Source of the DNA: an uncultured Actinomycetota bacterium
Lineage (GTDB): Bacteria; Actinomycetota; Geothermincolia; Geothermincolales; RBG-13-55-18
NCBI GenBank assembly: GCA_964592775.1
Contig: CAZQFX010000004.1
Coordinates: 1-40,166, forward strand
DNA: 40,166 nucleotides
Direction of reading: 5' to 3'
Under the pieces are notes generated by a model. It did not search any database, had not been told where the DNA came from, and was given only the letters and a program-made list of their open reading frames with translations. Shown piece after piece: positions 25,962 to 35,613 of the stretch. Both the position numbers and the translations under genes were made by a program. Each line of letters starts with the position of its first letter. Within the stretch, counting starts at the first letter, position 1.

Positions 25962-25995
25962 CAACCAGGTTTTCGCGCAGCGAAAACCTGGTTGC
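25961..25995. terminator. perfect 16-bp hairpin between convergent genes (no U-tract)
   Basis: GCAACCAGGTTTTCGC-GCA-GCGAAAACCTGGTTGC. Confidence 0.5.
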
Positions 25996-26106
25996 GGGGA
26001 GTCCGAGGCGAAGCAATCTCGATCGAGGCATCACGCCACTACGGGATGTTTATCAATACATGATGCAGCGGCTGCCTGTTGCGGGCGTATTTATGGATCG
26101 GGGTAC

Positions 26107-26946
26107 TCAGGTGTGGATAAGCAGGGTGGGGACCTCGGCCCGGGCCAGCACGCCCCGCACCGTTTCCGCCATCTTCTCGTGCAGCAGGCCGCGCCAGGAC
26201 AGCGCGATGAGGTCCTCGGCGTTTTCCATGGCGAAGCGCAGGGTGACCGCGTACGGGTTGCCCCGCCTGTGGAAGAGGCGCATCTGTGCATCGGGGTGGA
26301 GGTAGGCATAGAAGCGATAGAGGAATTCCTCGCTCCAGGCCGGCCAGTCGTATTGGGGATGATCGAGGTAACGGGGGCTGGCGAAGGTCTCCACTTCCAT
26401 GGGAGGTCTCTTCCTGTCTGCCGCGATGTGCAGGATGTCCAGGTCCAATTTCATCTCCCTGGCCAGGTCGAACACCTTCTTGATGACGCAATCCGCCAGC
26501 GAAAGGCCTTCCAGGGGAACCAGCATCCTCGCCGGACGCCAGTCCGTCCCGGGCGGCTCGCGCATGGCGGCTCGGATGACCATCACCGGGAAGGTCGAGC
26601 GCTGTATGAGATCGAGGGCGGTCTGGCCCGCCAGCCGCTCGGGATCGTTGGTCTTACCCTGGCCCGACATCACTATCATCCAGGCGCTCACGGACTCCGC
26701 CAGTTTCAGGATGGCCGCGGTCACATCCCCGCGTTTCTGGTGAAGGACGAAGTCCTTCTCCATCGGAGCGATATGCAGGTGCCGGGCCAGGCGGTGATGG
26801 GGCACGGGCTGGTCGGTGACGTGCACTACGTGCAGCACCCCGCCCACGAGCCGCGTCAGGGCACTGGCCGCCCCGAAGGCGCCGGCTGAAGTAACGGATC
26901 CGTCCAGGGGAAGGACTACTAATGGCCGCTGCCTGGCCGCCATCAT
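26107..26946 (-). CDS. tandem universal stress protein (2 x Usp domains)
   Basis: 279 aa with two UspA-like halves (LHVVHV.., ..MIVMSGQGKT.. and ..ILHIA.., ..LIALSWRG). ATGA overlap with the GH65 gene stop. Confidence 0.85.
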   Translation of the reverse strand: MMAARQRPLVVLPLDGSVTSAGAFGAASALTRLVGGVLHVVHVTDQPVPHHRLARHLHIAPMEKDFVLHQKRGDVTAAILKLAESVSAWMIVMSGQGKTNDPERLAGQTALDLIQRSTFPVMVIRAAMREPPGTDWRPARMLVPLEGLSLADCVIKKVFDLAREMKLDLDILHIAADRKRPPMEVETFASPRYLDHPQYDWPAWSEEFLYRFYAYLHPDAQMRLFHRRGNPYAVTLRFAMENAEDLIALSWRGLLHEKMAETVRGVLARAEVPTLLIHT

Positions 26947-29900
26947 CCCCCACCCTCTTCCTCGAAGTCCCGCCAGTCCTTGCCCGACCAGGTCGAGACG
27001 TAACGGCTCCTGGTCCGCACCAGCCGTGGCTCCCGCCCGAAGATACCGACCTCCACCTCGAGGCCTTCCACCCCTGAAATCCGCAACTCCATGCTCCGGC
27101 TACGCCGTATGTCGAAGTCCAGCCAGGCGCCGCGCCAGGTCAGCGAGAACCTGAGGCGTCGCCAGCGCGCCGGCGGCTTCGGGTCTATGAACAGCCCCGC
27201 GTCCCAGGCCCGCACCCCCGCGAAGCCCATCACCAGCAACTGCCACAGGCCGCCCAGCGCCGCGGCGTGTACTCCGCCCGCGGCGTTACCCATGTTGTCG
27301 CCCAAGTCGATGGTGCCCGCCTTGCGCAGGTAGCGCATGGCTTCCCTGGTCATTCCCAGCCGTGCCGCTATCAGGCCGTAGATGGAGGGGGAGAGCGAGG
27401 AACCGTGGGCGGTGCGCCGGTCGTAGTAGAGGAAGCTCTCTCTTATCACTGCCGGGGTGTAGCTGTCCTCCAGCAGGTAGAGCGCCATGACGACGTCCGC
27501 CTGCTTGACCACCTGGGAGCCCGCGGTGCGCTCCCTTCCCAGGATGGTATCGAGGGAGGCGGTTAGCGGCTCGTACCGGCTGACATCGATATCCTCCAGC
27601 CCGAAGTAACCCGCGAACTGCTCCAGCGGCCCGCGCTCCCCGTGCCCGTTGCCGTACATGCGGTCCGCCACCGCGCTCCAGCCGCCAGGCTCCTCCGCCC
27701 GCAGCGCGATCTTCTGCCGCAAGAGCCGCCATTCCTCCGGGTGGTGTTCCTCCAGGAACTTCGCCACTTTTGCGCCATGCCGCAGGTTGTAGGCGGCCAT
27801 CATGTTGGTGTAGAGGTTGTCGTCCACTCCCTCGTGGTATTCGTCCGGACCCTCCACGTCGAGGATGTGGTAGAGTCCGTCGTCTCCAAGCACCACGCGG
27901 CTGGCCCAGAAACGGGCCGTCTCCAAAAGGATTTCCGCCCCCGCCCGCAGGAGGAATTCACCATCGCGGGTGGCGTTCCAGTAGGTCCAAACGCCGTAGG
28001 CCACGTCCGCCGTGATGTGATGCTCGAGGTGGCCGGAGAGGATGGGGATGACTTCGCCCGTGGGCGAGAGGGCGGCGGGAGGGGTCATCTCCTTCCCGTC
28101 GCCGGTGGATTCCCAGGCGTACTGGGCCCCCTCGTAGCCGTTGCGGGCGGCGTTGGCACGCGCTCCGTCCAGCGTGTGATAGCGGTACATGATCATGGCG
28201 CGCGCGGTGGCGGGGTGGGTGAAGATGAAGAAGGGCAGGATGAACATCTCCGAGTCCCAGAATATATGGCCCTTATATATGGGGCCGGAGAGGGCGCGGG
28301 CCCCGATGGAGACGCGCTCGTTATCGGCGTTGCCGGCGCTGATAAGATGATAGGTGGCGAAATTGGCCCAGCGCTGGGCTTCGGGATCGCCGGTGATGCG
28401 CAACGCGGCGGTCTTCCAGCGCTCTTCCCAGGCCGCCATGTGTTCCAGCATCAACTCCTCGAAATCACGCTGCGCCAGTTCCTCCGCATGCGCCAGTGCG
28501 GCCCGCTCCGCTTCCACCCCGTCCAGGGAGGTGAAGACGGAGACCAGCTTCTCCAGCCTTACCTCCTGGGCTATGTTGCCGATCCAGCTCCAGTGCTCCA
28601 GCACGGATGTATTATCCGTGCTGGAGGAATGTTGCGGCTCCACGAACCCGTCGGCGATGCGGCTGCGCCCGGCCATCGCCGCGTCGATGTTGGAAAAAAG
28701 TGTCTGAGCGCGGACGAGCACGCCCGTGCCGTCTGCGCCGGTGGTCATCTCCACTCCCTGCAGGGAAGGGTTGCTGCGCGAGTTCAATCTCAGCCCCGTC
28801 TCCACCCGCAGTTCGCCCGTGTAGTTCCTGGGGATGACGGTGACGCGCAGGGCCAGGGCATGGGGATCGGCCAGGGAGGCGAAGTGCAGGAAGCGCACGC
28901 GCGTAACCCGGTCGGTGATGTCCTCGTACAGCAGCTCGCGGAAGAGCAATCCCTTGTACATGTCCAGGATGCGCTGGTGCTCCACTATGTTCTTCCGCTT
29001 CATCTGCAGGCGCTCGTCGTCCACGTAGATGCGGGTGAAGAGCCAGTCGGGGAAGATGGGCATCTCGTCCGGCGCCTGCTGGCTGCGGCGGTCGAACACC
29101 CCGGCCACCAGGGTGGCGGGGCTGGAGGCCTCGTCCTCTTCGGCCAGGGATCCGCGCGTGCCCAGGTAACCGTTGCCCACGGTTAAGATGGACTCCACCT
29201 CGCGTTCGCGCACGGGATCGTAGCCCTCCTCCACGACGAGGAAGGTGGGGTCGCCCGTGGGCCGGAAGAGCCGGTGCAGATTGGTCTGATCCTTGATGAT
29301 GCGCATGAACTCGTCCGGCCCCCCTCCCGGGTGCTCCACCTCTTCTGGCACGCCGTTTGGTTCCTTGCCCACCGATAAGTAGGTGATCCCCTCCGCCCCC
29401 GGCAGCACCATGCGGAAGTCGGATCCCTCGAAGCCGGCGATGGGGCCGAACTCGTCGCCCAGCACCAGGATGTCGTGGTAGGGGATGTTGCGCCGCTCCG
29501 CCACCTCCTTCAGGATCCAGCGCAGGGAGTCGGACTTGTCGGTCAGCCCCACCTCCACGTGCTTGACGTCGCTGGTGATGCGGGCGTCGGCCAGGCCCGC
29601 CTCCCGGGCGAAACGCTCGGTTGCTTCGTAAGCCCCCTTGATGCCCGGCGCGTATCCCCCTTCGCGCAAACGCTTCTCCGTCTGCTTCAGCAGCTTTCCT
29701 ATCTGGGATTTGGCAGGGTCCGGCCATTCCGGGATGAGGTCGATCTTGCGCCGGTTCAAGCGGTTGTAGACGATATCGATGGTGACGCTGGAGCCCCACT
29801 CCACCTCCGCTTTCACCGCTTCCGCCGTCAGGTCGAGGGCCCTGTTCTCCACGTCCGTGGCTTCCCTGAGGTAGAGGAGGAAGAGCTCGGAGTGGGCATC

Positions 29901-30146
29901 GAATCCGTAGACCTCGGAGCCGCGGTTGGTGCAGATGTAGAGGTTGCGCTTGCGGGGGCCGGAGATGTAACGGGCGAACTGGCGTTCGATGTTGTCGTAG
30001 TTGGTGCCGGTGACCACCACCACGTAGACGTCCAGTTGCAGCAGGTCCTGCAGGGCGCGCGCCACCGGCCGGGCGTCGGCCGCGCGGTCTTTCACCGCGG
30101 TGCCGTCCCAGTCGAAGACGATTATGCGGTAAGCTTTTCTGTACAT
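26943..30146 (-). CDS. HAD-phosphatase-like domain fused to glycoside hydrolase family 65 phosphorylase (trehalose/kojibiose/maltose phosphorylase type)
   Basis: 1067 aa. N-terminal FDWDGTAV (DxDGT HAD motif I) and LGDE. Central/C-terminal GH65 signatures (HIFWDSEMFILPFF, (alpha/alpha)6 region). Confidence 0.9.
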   Translation of the reverse strand: MYRKAYRIIVFDWDGTAVKDRAADARPVARALQDLLQLDVYVVVVTGTNYDNIERQFARYISGPRKRNLYICTNRGSEVYGFDAHSELFLLYLREATDVENRALDLTAEAVKAEVEWGSSVTIDIVYNRLNRRKIDLIPEWPDPAKSQIGKLLKQTEKRLREGGYAPGIKGAYEATERFAREAGLADARITSDVKHVEVGLTDKSDSLRWILKEVAERRNIPYHDILVLGDEFGPIAGFEGSDFRMVLPGAEGITYLSVGKEPNGVPEEVEHPGGGPDEFMRIIKDQTNLHRLFRPTGDPTFLVVEEGYDPVREREVESILTVGNGYLGTRGSLAEEDEASSPATLVAGVFDRRSQQAPDEMPIFPDWLFTRIYVDDERLQMKRKNIVEHQRILDMYKGLLFRELLYEDITDRVTRVRFLHFASLADPHALALRVTVIPRNYTGELRVETGLRLNSRSNPSLQGVEMTTGADGTGVLVRAQTLFSNIDAAMAGRSRIADGFVEPQHSSSTDNTSVLEHWSWIGNIAQEVRLEKLVSVFTSLDGVEAERAALAHAEELAQRDFEELMLEHMAAWEERWKTAALRITGDPEAQRWANFATYHLISAGNADNERVSIGARALSGPIYKGHIFWDSEMFILPFFIFTHPATARAMIMYRYHTLDGARANAARNGYEGAQYAWESTGDGKEMTPPAALSPTGEVIPILSGHLEHHITADVAYGVWTYWNATRDGEFLLRAGAEILLETARFWASRVVLGDDGLYHILDVEGPDEYHEGVDDNLYTNMMAAYNLRHGAKVAKFLEEHHPEEWRLLRQKIALRAEEPGGWSAVADRMYGNGHGERGPLEQFAGYFGLEDIDVSRYEPLTASLDTILGRERTAGSQVVKQADVVMALYLLEDSYTPAVIRESFLYYDRRTAHGSSLSPSIYGLIAARLGMTREAMRYLRKAGTIDLGDNMGNAAGGVHAAALGGLWQLLVMGFAGVRAWDAGLFIDPKPPARWRRLRFSLTWRGAWLDFDIRRSRSMELRISGVEGLEVEVGIFGREPRLVRTRSRYVSTWSGKDWRDFEEEGGG

Positions 30147-30247
30147 CTCTTCGACCTCGTTCTTCTCTTCTTATAGTAAATCCCCTTGAGGTTGCAAGAG
30201 GAACAAGGGAAAGTTCCCCCGGTTGACAGGCGCGATAAAAGGCCGTC

Positions 30248-30326
30248 AGGCCGAGGGGTCTCAGGCCGAGGGGTCGAGCCTCGGAACCCGCCTGAGGCCG
30301 AGGGGTCGAGCCTCGAAACCAGCCTG
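30248..30326 (+). repeat. 2.4 tandem copies of a 32-bp F2 unit
   Basis: AGGCCGAGGGGTCGAGCCTCGGAACCCGCCTG (30263-30294) and AGGCCGAGGGGTCGAGCCTCGAAACCAGCCTG (30295-30326) match at 30/32 positions. They are preceded by the partial copy AGGCCGAGGGGTC (30248-30260). Each unit contains the CCGAGG/CCTCGG hairpin. Confidence 0.85.
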
Positions 30327-30441
30327 AGAGACCCGCGCGAAGCCAGTGCCCTCAGCAACCGTTCCTATAACAGCCATATGTGGCGACATGTGGCTCTTAT
30401 GCGGGAGGTGTGGCTGGCCATGGAGCCACTTGGTGGCCAGG

Positions 30442-30458
30442 CTTCTCGGAGAAGAGCC
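30442..30458 (-). repeat. F1 palindromic core CTTCTCGGAGAAGAGCC 10 nt upstream of a -35 box
   Basis: The reverse complement GGCTCTTCTCCGAGAAG closely matches 8248-8264. Confidence 0.6.
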
Positions 30459-30467
30459 GGGTTTATT

Positions 30468-30496
30468 TTAACAACGGTAAGGGTAACAGATATAAT
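30468..30496 (+). promoter_or_regulatory. sigma70-like promoter TTAACA-17-TATAAT for the GT4 gene
   Basis: Read directly from the sequence. The 5'UTR to ATG 30583 is about 80 nt. Confidence 0.55.
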
Positions 30497-30582
30497 ATGC
30501 AGAAATAATCCGGCACTCTTACCGTATAGTAGAAGATCCCGCCTCGCGGCGGGTGGATATATCGCTGAGGAGGTTGCGGGGT

Positions 30583-31623
30583 ATGCGCATCGCGATGATA
30601 GCTCCGGTCTGGATCCCCATCCCCCCCGAGGGATACGGGGGGATAGAGAGGATGCTCAAGCTCCTGGTGGACGAACTCGTGGCCATGGGGGAGGAGGTGA
30701 CCCTCTTCGCCGCGGGACCCAGCCGTACGCGGGCGCGGCAGAGGATCACCATCGAGGAAGCCCCTACGAAGCACATGGGTGAAACCCTCTTCGACGCCTA
30801 TCATGTCGGGAAGGCATACCGCGATGTCGCCGCGGGGGAATACGACATCGTGCACGATCACGCGGGCTTACTGGGCACGGCATTCGCCCGCCTGCTCCCG
30901 CTACCCGTCGTGCACACCCTGCACGGTCCCTTCACCCGCGATTCGCGTACGTTCTACGAGGCCTTCAAGGACGACTGCTATTACGTGGCCATCAGCAGCC
31001 GGCAGATGGAGGGCTGTCCCGGCCTGCGGTACCTCGGCGTGGTCGCCAACGCCGTGGACATCGAGGAGCATCGCTTCCAGGCGGAGAAGGAGGACTACCT
31101 GGTCTGCGTGAGCCGCATATGCGAGGCGAAGGGGACGGAACATGCGGTTCGGCTGGCGTTGCAGACGGGCAACCGCATCCTTCTGGCCGGTAAGATAGAC
31201 CCCGGCCGGGACCGGGAGTACTTCGAATCGCGCGTCGAGCCCCTCCTCGATGGCGAGCGGGCGGATTATCTCGGCGAGGTGTCCCAGAAGGAGAAGGTCC
31301 GGCTGGTGGCCGGCGCGCGCGCCTTCCTCTTCCCCATCCAGTGGGAGGAGCCCTTCGGCCTGGTGATGGTGGAGGCGATGGCCTGCGGCACGCCCGTTCT
31401 CGCCACGCGCCTGGGGGCCGTACCGGAGGTGGTGGAGCACGGGGTCACCGGTTTTCTGGCCGATTCCCCCGAGGAACTGGCTCCATATATCGGACGCATA
31501 GACGAGCTGGACCCGCTGGCTTGCAGGCTGGCCGCCGAGAAAAGGTTCAGCCCCCGGGTGATGGCGGAGAGTTACCTTGATGTCTACCGGCGGGCCCTGG
31601 AGATACATGCCGGCGGGCTGTAA
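30583..31623 (+). CDS. glycosyltransferase family 4
   Basis: Internal ATG with GAGGAGG RBS in ORF 30553..31623. MRIAMIAPVWIPIPPEGYGGIE at the N-terminus. EPFGLVMVEAMACGTPV (E-x7-E region). Confidence 0.9.
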   Translation: MRIAMIAPVWIPIPPEGYGGIERMLKLLVDELVAMGEEVTLFAAGPSRTRARQRITIEEAPTKHMGETLFDAYHVGKAYRDVAAGEYDIVHDHAGLLGTAFARLLPLPVVHTLHGPFTRDSRTFYEAFKDDCYYVAISSRQMEGCPGLRYLGVVANAVDIEEHRFQAEKEDYLVCVSRICEAKGTEHAVRLALQTGNRILLAGKIDPGRDREYFESRVEPLLDGERADYLGEVSQKEKVRLVAGARAFLFPIQWEEPFGLVMVEAMACGTPVLATRLGAVPEVVEHGVTGFLADSPEELAPYIGRIDELDPLACRLAAEKRFSPRVMAESYLDVYRRALEIHAGGL

Positions 31624-31705
31624 CCCCCGGGGTCGGACCCTGGATCCTTGGCCCTGGAGAAACGGCGGACAATCGGTTAGATCAACGGGCAGGGTTAAAG
31701 GTCCA

Positions 31706-31716
31706 GGTTCTTCTCC
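31706..31716 (+). repeat. F1 core GGTTCTTCTCC 12 nt upstream of the metY -35 box
   Basis: An exact 11-mer shared with 8248, 35242, 35385 and 40080. Confidence 0.5.
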
Positions 31717-31727
31717 AGGTACCCCTA

Positions 31728-31756
31728 TTGACAAGGGGGGCATTAAGCGGTTAAAT
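31728..31756 (+). promoter_or_regulatory. sigma70-like promoter TTGACA-17-TTAAAT for the metYXW operon
   Basis: Read directly from the sequence. It predicts a leader of about 275 nt. Confidence 0.55.
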
Positions 31757-31859
31757 GTCTACAAAGTAGATAGGAAATATAGAGATATGTCAAGAGCGTG
31801 GCGTGAAGCATGAAAAAAGGGAATGCAACGGTGAATAAGACTAAAGGATTGGAAAAACC

Positions 31860-31996
31860 TGGTCTGATGATCGCATGCTGTATGGCCATGCGTCACAGCC
31901 CGGGAGCGGGAGGAACACCTATGTAGCGCATCAAGGTTGACCGCGAAAGTACGAACTCCCGCAGCCGGGTATGGATTGGCAGGCGGGTTTTTTATT
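31860..31996 (+). promoter_or_regulatory. riboswitch-like leader: closing helix, internal hairpins, antiterminator/terminator switch upstream of metY
   Basis: GGUC+UGAUG (31861-31869) pairs with CAUCA..GACC (31929-31942). Hairpins cGCAUG..CAUGCg and CCCG-GGAG-CGGG are present. GCGGGAG (31906-31912) is complementary to CUCCCGC (31956-31962), which is also the 5' arm of the terminator CCCGCAGCC..GGCAGGCGGG+UUUUUU (31958-31996). Confidence 0.45.
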
Positions 31997-32025
31997 CCGG
32001 AAATGCCCCAGGCAAGATGTGATGA

Positions 32026-33333
<1,308 letters not shown>

Positions 33334-33398
33334 CAAGCAGGGACGGGGCGGAGCCTTGACCGGAATCGGCTTTCCATTCAACGCTCGTTCTGAAGGGA

Positions 33399-34541
33399 GT
33401 GGAAATATTGCATAACGGAATCGGTATAGTCGAAACGCAATACTTCACATTCGCCGGTCCTCCCGGTCGGTTTACCCTGGACAGCGGCGAGGAGCTGGGG
33501 CCGGTCACCGTAGCGTACGAGACATACGGGGCCCTGAACGGGGAGCGCTCCAATGCCATCCTCGTGGCCCACGCGTTTTCCGGCGATGCCCACGCCGCGG
33601 GATGGCACGAGGGCGCGAACAAGCCCGGCTGGTGGGATGGCATGATCGGACCGGGCAAGGCCTTCGACACCAATAGGTACTTCGTGATCTGCTCCAACGT
33701 GCTCGGGGGATGCAAGGGAACGACGGGCCCGTCATCGATCAACCCGGCGACGGGGAGACCGTACGGTACAGCTTTCCCGCTCATAACCATCCCGGACATG
33801 GTTGGGGTGCAGGCCAAGCTCCTTGACCACCTCGGCATCGCCAGGCTCCTTTCCGTCGCCGGCGGCTCCATGGGCGGTCAGCAGGTGCTGGAGTGGCTTG
33901 TGTCTCACCCCGAGCGGGTGAGAAGCGCGATAGTCATAGCGACCGCGGCCAGGCATTCCCCCCAACAGATCGCCTTCAACGAGGTTGGCCGCCAGGCTAT
34001 CATGGCGGACCCCAATTGGAAGGGCGGGCGCTATTATGGCGGAGACCTTCCGGCAAAGGGGCTGAGCGTGGCGCGGATGGTCGGCCACATCACCTACATG
34101 AGCGATAAATCGATGGCCGAGAAATTCGGCCGGCGCGCGGGAAGAAACGGCGAAGCACGGCCTTTCAGCAACGGTTTCGAGGTCGAGGATTACCTGCATT
34201 ACCGGGGCTTGAGTTTCGTGGGCCGCTTCGACGCCAATTCCTACCTGTATATAACCAGGGCCATAGACGATTACGACGCTTCGCGGGGTGGAAATCTTGC
34301 CAATGCCTTCAGGGGCTTGGAGGCCAAGACGCTGGTCGTTTCCTTCAAGTCCGATTGGCTTTATCCATCCTACCAGTCAGTCGAGATAGTGCGTGCGTGC
34401 AAAAGGGCGGGCGCCGACGTGACCTATTGCGAGATCAGTTCCACCTACGGCCATGACGCTTTCCTCCTGGAGGTCCATGAGCAGGCAAAACTGATTACGC
34501 ATTTCCTGCTGAAAACATATGGGGGGGAAACACGAAGATGA
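33399..34541 (+). CDS. metX: homoserine O-acetyltransferase
   Basis: 380 aa. GTG 33399 is the track start; TTG 33408 has better spacing from GAAGGGA. GGSMGG nucleophile elbow. The GHDAFL motif is near the C-terminus. Confidence 0.95.
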   Translation: MEILHNGIGIVETQYFTFAGPPGRFTLDSGEELGPVTVAYETYGALNGERSNAILVAHAFSGDAHAAGWHEGANKPGWWDGMIGPGKAFDTNRYFVICSNVLGGCKGTTGPSSINPATGRPYGTAFPLITIPDMVGVQAKLLDHLGIARLLSVAGGSMGGQQVLEWLVSHPERVRSAIVIATAARHSPQQIAFNEVGRQAIMADPNWKGGRYYGGDLPAKGLSVARMVGHITYMSDKSMAEKFGRRAGRNGEARPFSNGFEVEDYLHYRGLSFVGRFDANSYLYITRAIDDYDASRGGNLANAFRGLEAKTLVVSFKSDWLYPSYQSVEIVRACKRAGADVTYCEISSTYGHDAFLLEVHEQAKLITHFLLKTYGGETRR

Positions 34542-35167
34542 GGGCCGTGAAGGACGGGGTGGAACATGACACGATAGCGGGCTGGGTGAAGTACGGATCA
34601 TCCGTCCTGGAGCTAGGCTGCCGCGATGGAAGTCTGCTGGAGCGCCTTGTCGCCGAAAAGGGCGTGAAGGCGCAGGGCGTCGAGCCGGATGATGAATCCA
34701 TATTCCTTTGTGTCGAGAAGGGCCTTTACGCACTCCACGAGCAGGCTGACACCGCATTGCACGATTACGCTGATGATTCGTTCGACTACGCCATATTCGA
34801 TCGCAGCCTCCAGCGCGTGGCCGGGAAACCGGAAAAAGTCCTAGAGGAAGCCCTGAGGGTAAGCAGGCGTACAATCGTCGGGTTTTCCAATTTCGCTCAC
34901 TACCGCGCGCGCTATCAGATATCGATGAGGGGCCGGACCCCGGTGACGCAATCGTTGCCATACCACTGGTACGATACGCCCAACCTTCATTTCCTGAGCA
35001 TCGGCGATTTTTCCGACTACTGCGGATCGAAAGGCATTCGGATCGAGGAAGCCGCCTTTTTCGGAAGGCGCGGCGCTATCGGATTGTGGCCTAACCTGAG
35101 GGCGCTCTCCGGCTTCTTTCTGATCTCGAGGCGATCACCACGATGCCAACCGCCATCCAGGAGGTAG
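34538..35167 (+). CDS. metW: methionine biosynthesis protein MetW
   Basis: 209 aa. ATGA overlap with met[13 protein letters not shown] methyltransferase-like motif. [11 protein letters not shown] is typical of MetW. Confidence 0.9.
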   Translation: MRAVKDGVEHDTIAGWVKYGSSVLELGCRDGSLLERLVAEKGVKAQGVEPDDESIFLCVEKGLYALHEQADTALHDYADDSFDYAIFDRSLQRVAGKPEKVLEEALRVSRRTIVGFSNFAHYRARYQISMRGRTPVTQSLPYHWYDTPNLHFLSIGDFSDYCGSKGIRIEEAAFFGRRGAIGLWPNLRALSGFFLISRRSPRCQPPSRR

Positions 35168-35173
35168 GAGAAG

Positions 35174-35281
35174 ATGTCCGGCGAGCTGTACGGCATTGTT
35201 GAAGCGATCGGCGGAACCCCGTTGGTCAGATTGAACGAAGTGGTTCTTCTCCCAGTAGTGTGGGTAGAGAAATACAGGTGA
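35174..35281 (+). pseudogene. 5' fragment (about 23 codons) of a cysteine synthase / cystathionine beta-synthase-family gene
   Basis: A strong AGGAGG RBS, then MSGELYGIVEAIGGTPLVRLNEV. The IGxTPLVRLN motif is the conserved N-terminus of CysK/CBS PLP enzymes. Homology stops at 35241 where the F1 repeat starts, and a stop follows 12 codons later. No remainder of the gene lies in the window. Confidence 0.55.
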
Positions 35282-35328
35282 TTTAGCGTCAATACGGAAA
35301 AGAGCTGGTAGTTAAGGTATGGGCACAC
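35241..35328 (+). repeat. 88-nt long form of the F1 repeat, copy A
   Basis: 78/88 identical by hand alignment to 40079-40166. It begins TGGTTCTTCTCCCAGTAGTGTGGGTAGAGA and ends GTTAAGGTATGGGCACAC. Confidence 0.85.
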
Positions 35329-35356
35329 CATCGCATATCAAATGCCATCCAGATAG

Positions 35357-35407
35357 CCCACACTTTATGGCGAAGAGCCAGAGGGGTTCTTCTCCAAAAA
35401 GCGTGGG
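35357..35407 (+). repeat. F1 hairpin: 23-nt arms, 5-nt loop
   Basis: CCCACACTTTATGGCGAAGAGCC-AGAGG-GGTTCTTCTCCAAAAAGCGTGGG, with 19 Watson-Crick pairs and 1 G.U pair out of 23. Confidence 0.8.
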
Positions 35408-35613
35408 TGGCGAGAAAGGGATTGCATGATGACGGGATCGGGTCCGACCCCAAAGGCCACTCATGCTTCACGGAGACGAACCCAATATAATAGGTCGTGG
35501 AGCCTGCTGCACAAACCACGGCCGGATGTTGAAGGAGTCTGAACGCAATGCGACACTACTGGTTTATGCAACGGGCTCTGTGGTCCGAAAGCGTTGCCTA
35601 AGGCGGTAAGCGG

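Noticed and set aside
30248-30326. Possible CRISPR array, considered because of regularly spaced GGCCGAGGGGTCGAGCCTCG repeats.
   Set aside because: The units are directly tandem (32-bp period) with no unique spacers. There are only 2.4 copies and no cas genes. The 34-nt pair at 22287/22445 is just two copies with a 124-bp interior.
31763-31996. Assignment of the metY leader to SAM-I, SAM-IV or T-box.
   Set aside because: Only scattered fragments resemble SAM-I (GUCAAGAG, AUGAA, GCAAC). The AGGUUGA after the closing helix is reminiscent of SAM-IV. The core blocks (GAGGGA, GCAACC, GGUGC, or the T-box sequence) are absent, so I did not name a class.
35426-35601. Small ORFs with plausible RBS in the gap before the FAD oxidoreductase: 38 codons from ATG 35426 and 17 codons (MRHYWFMQRALWSESVA) from ATG 35548.
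   Set aside because: They are too short, nothing shows conservation, and the region is AT-rich and repeat-derived. They cannot be supported from sequence alone.
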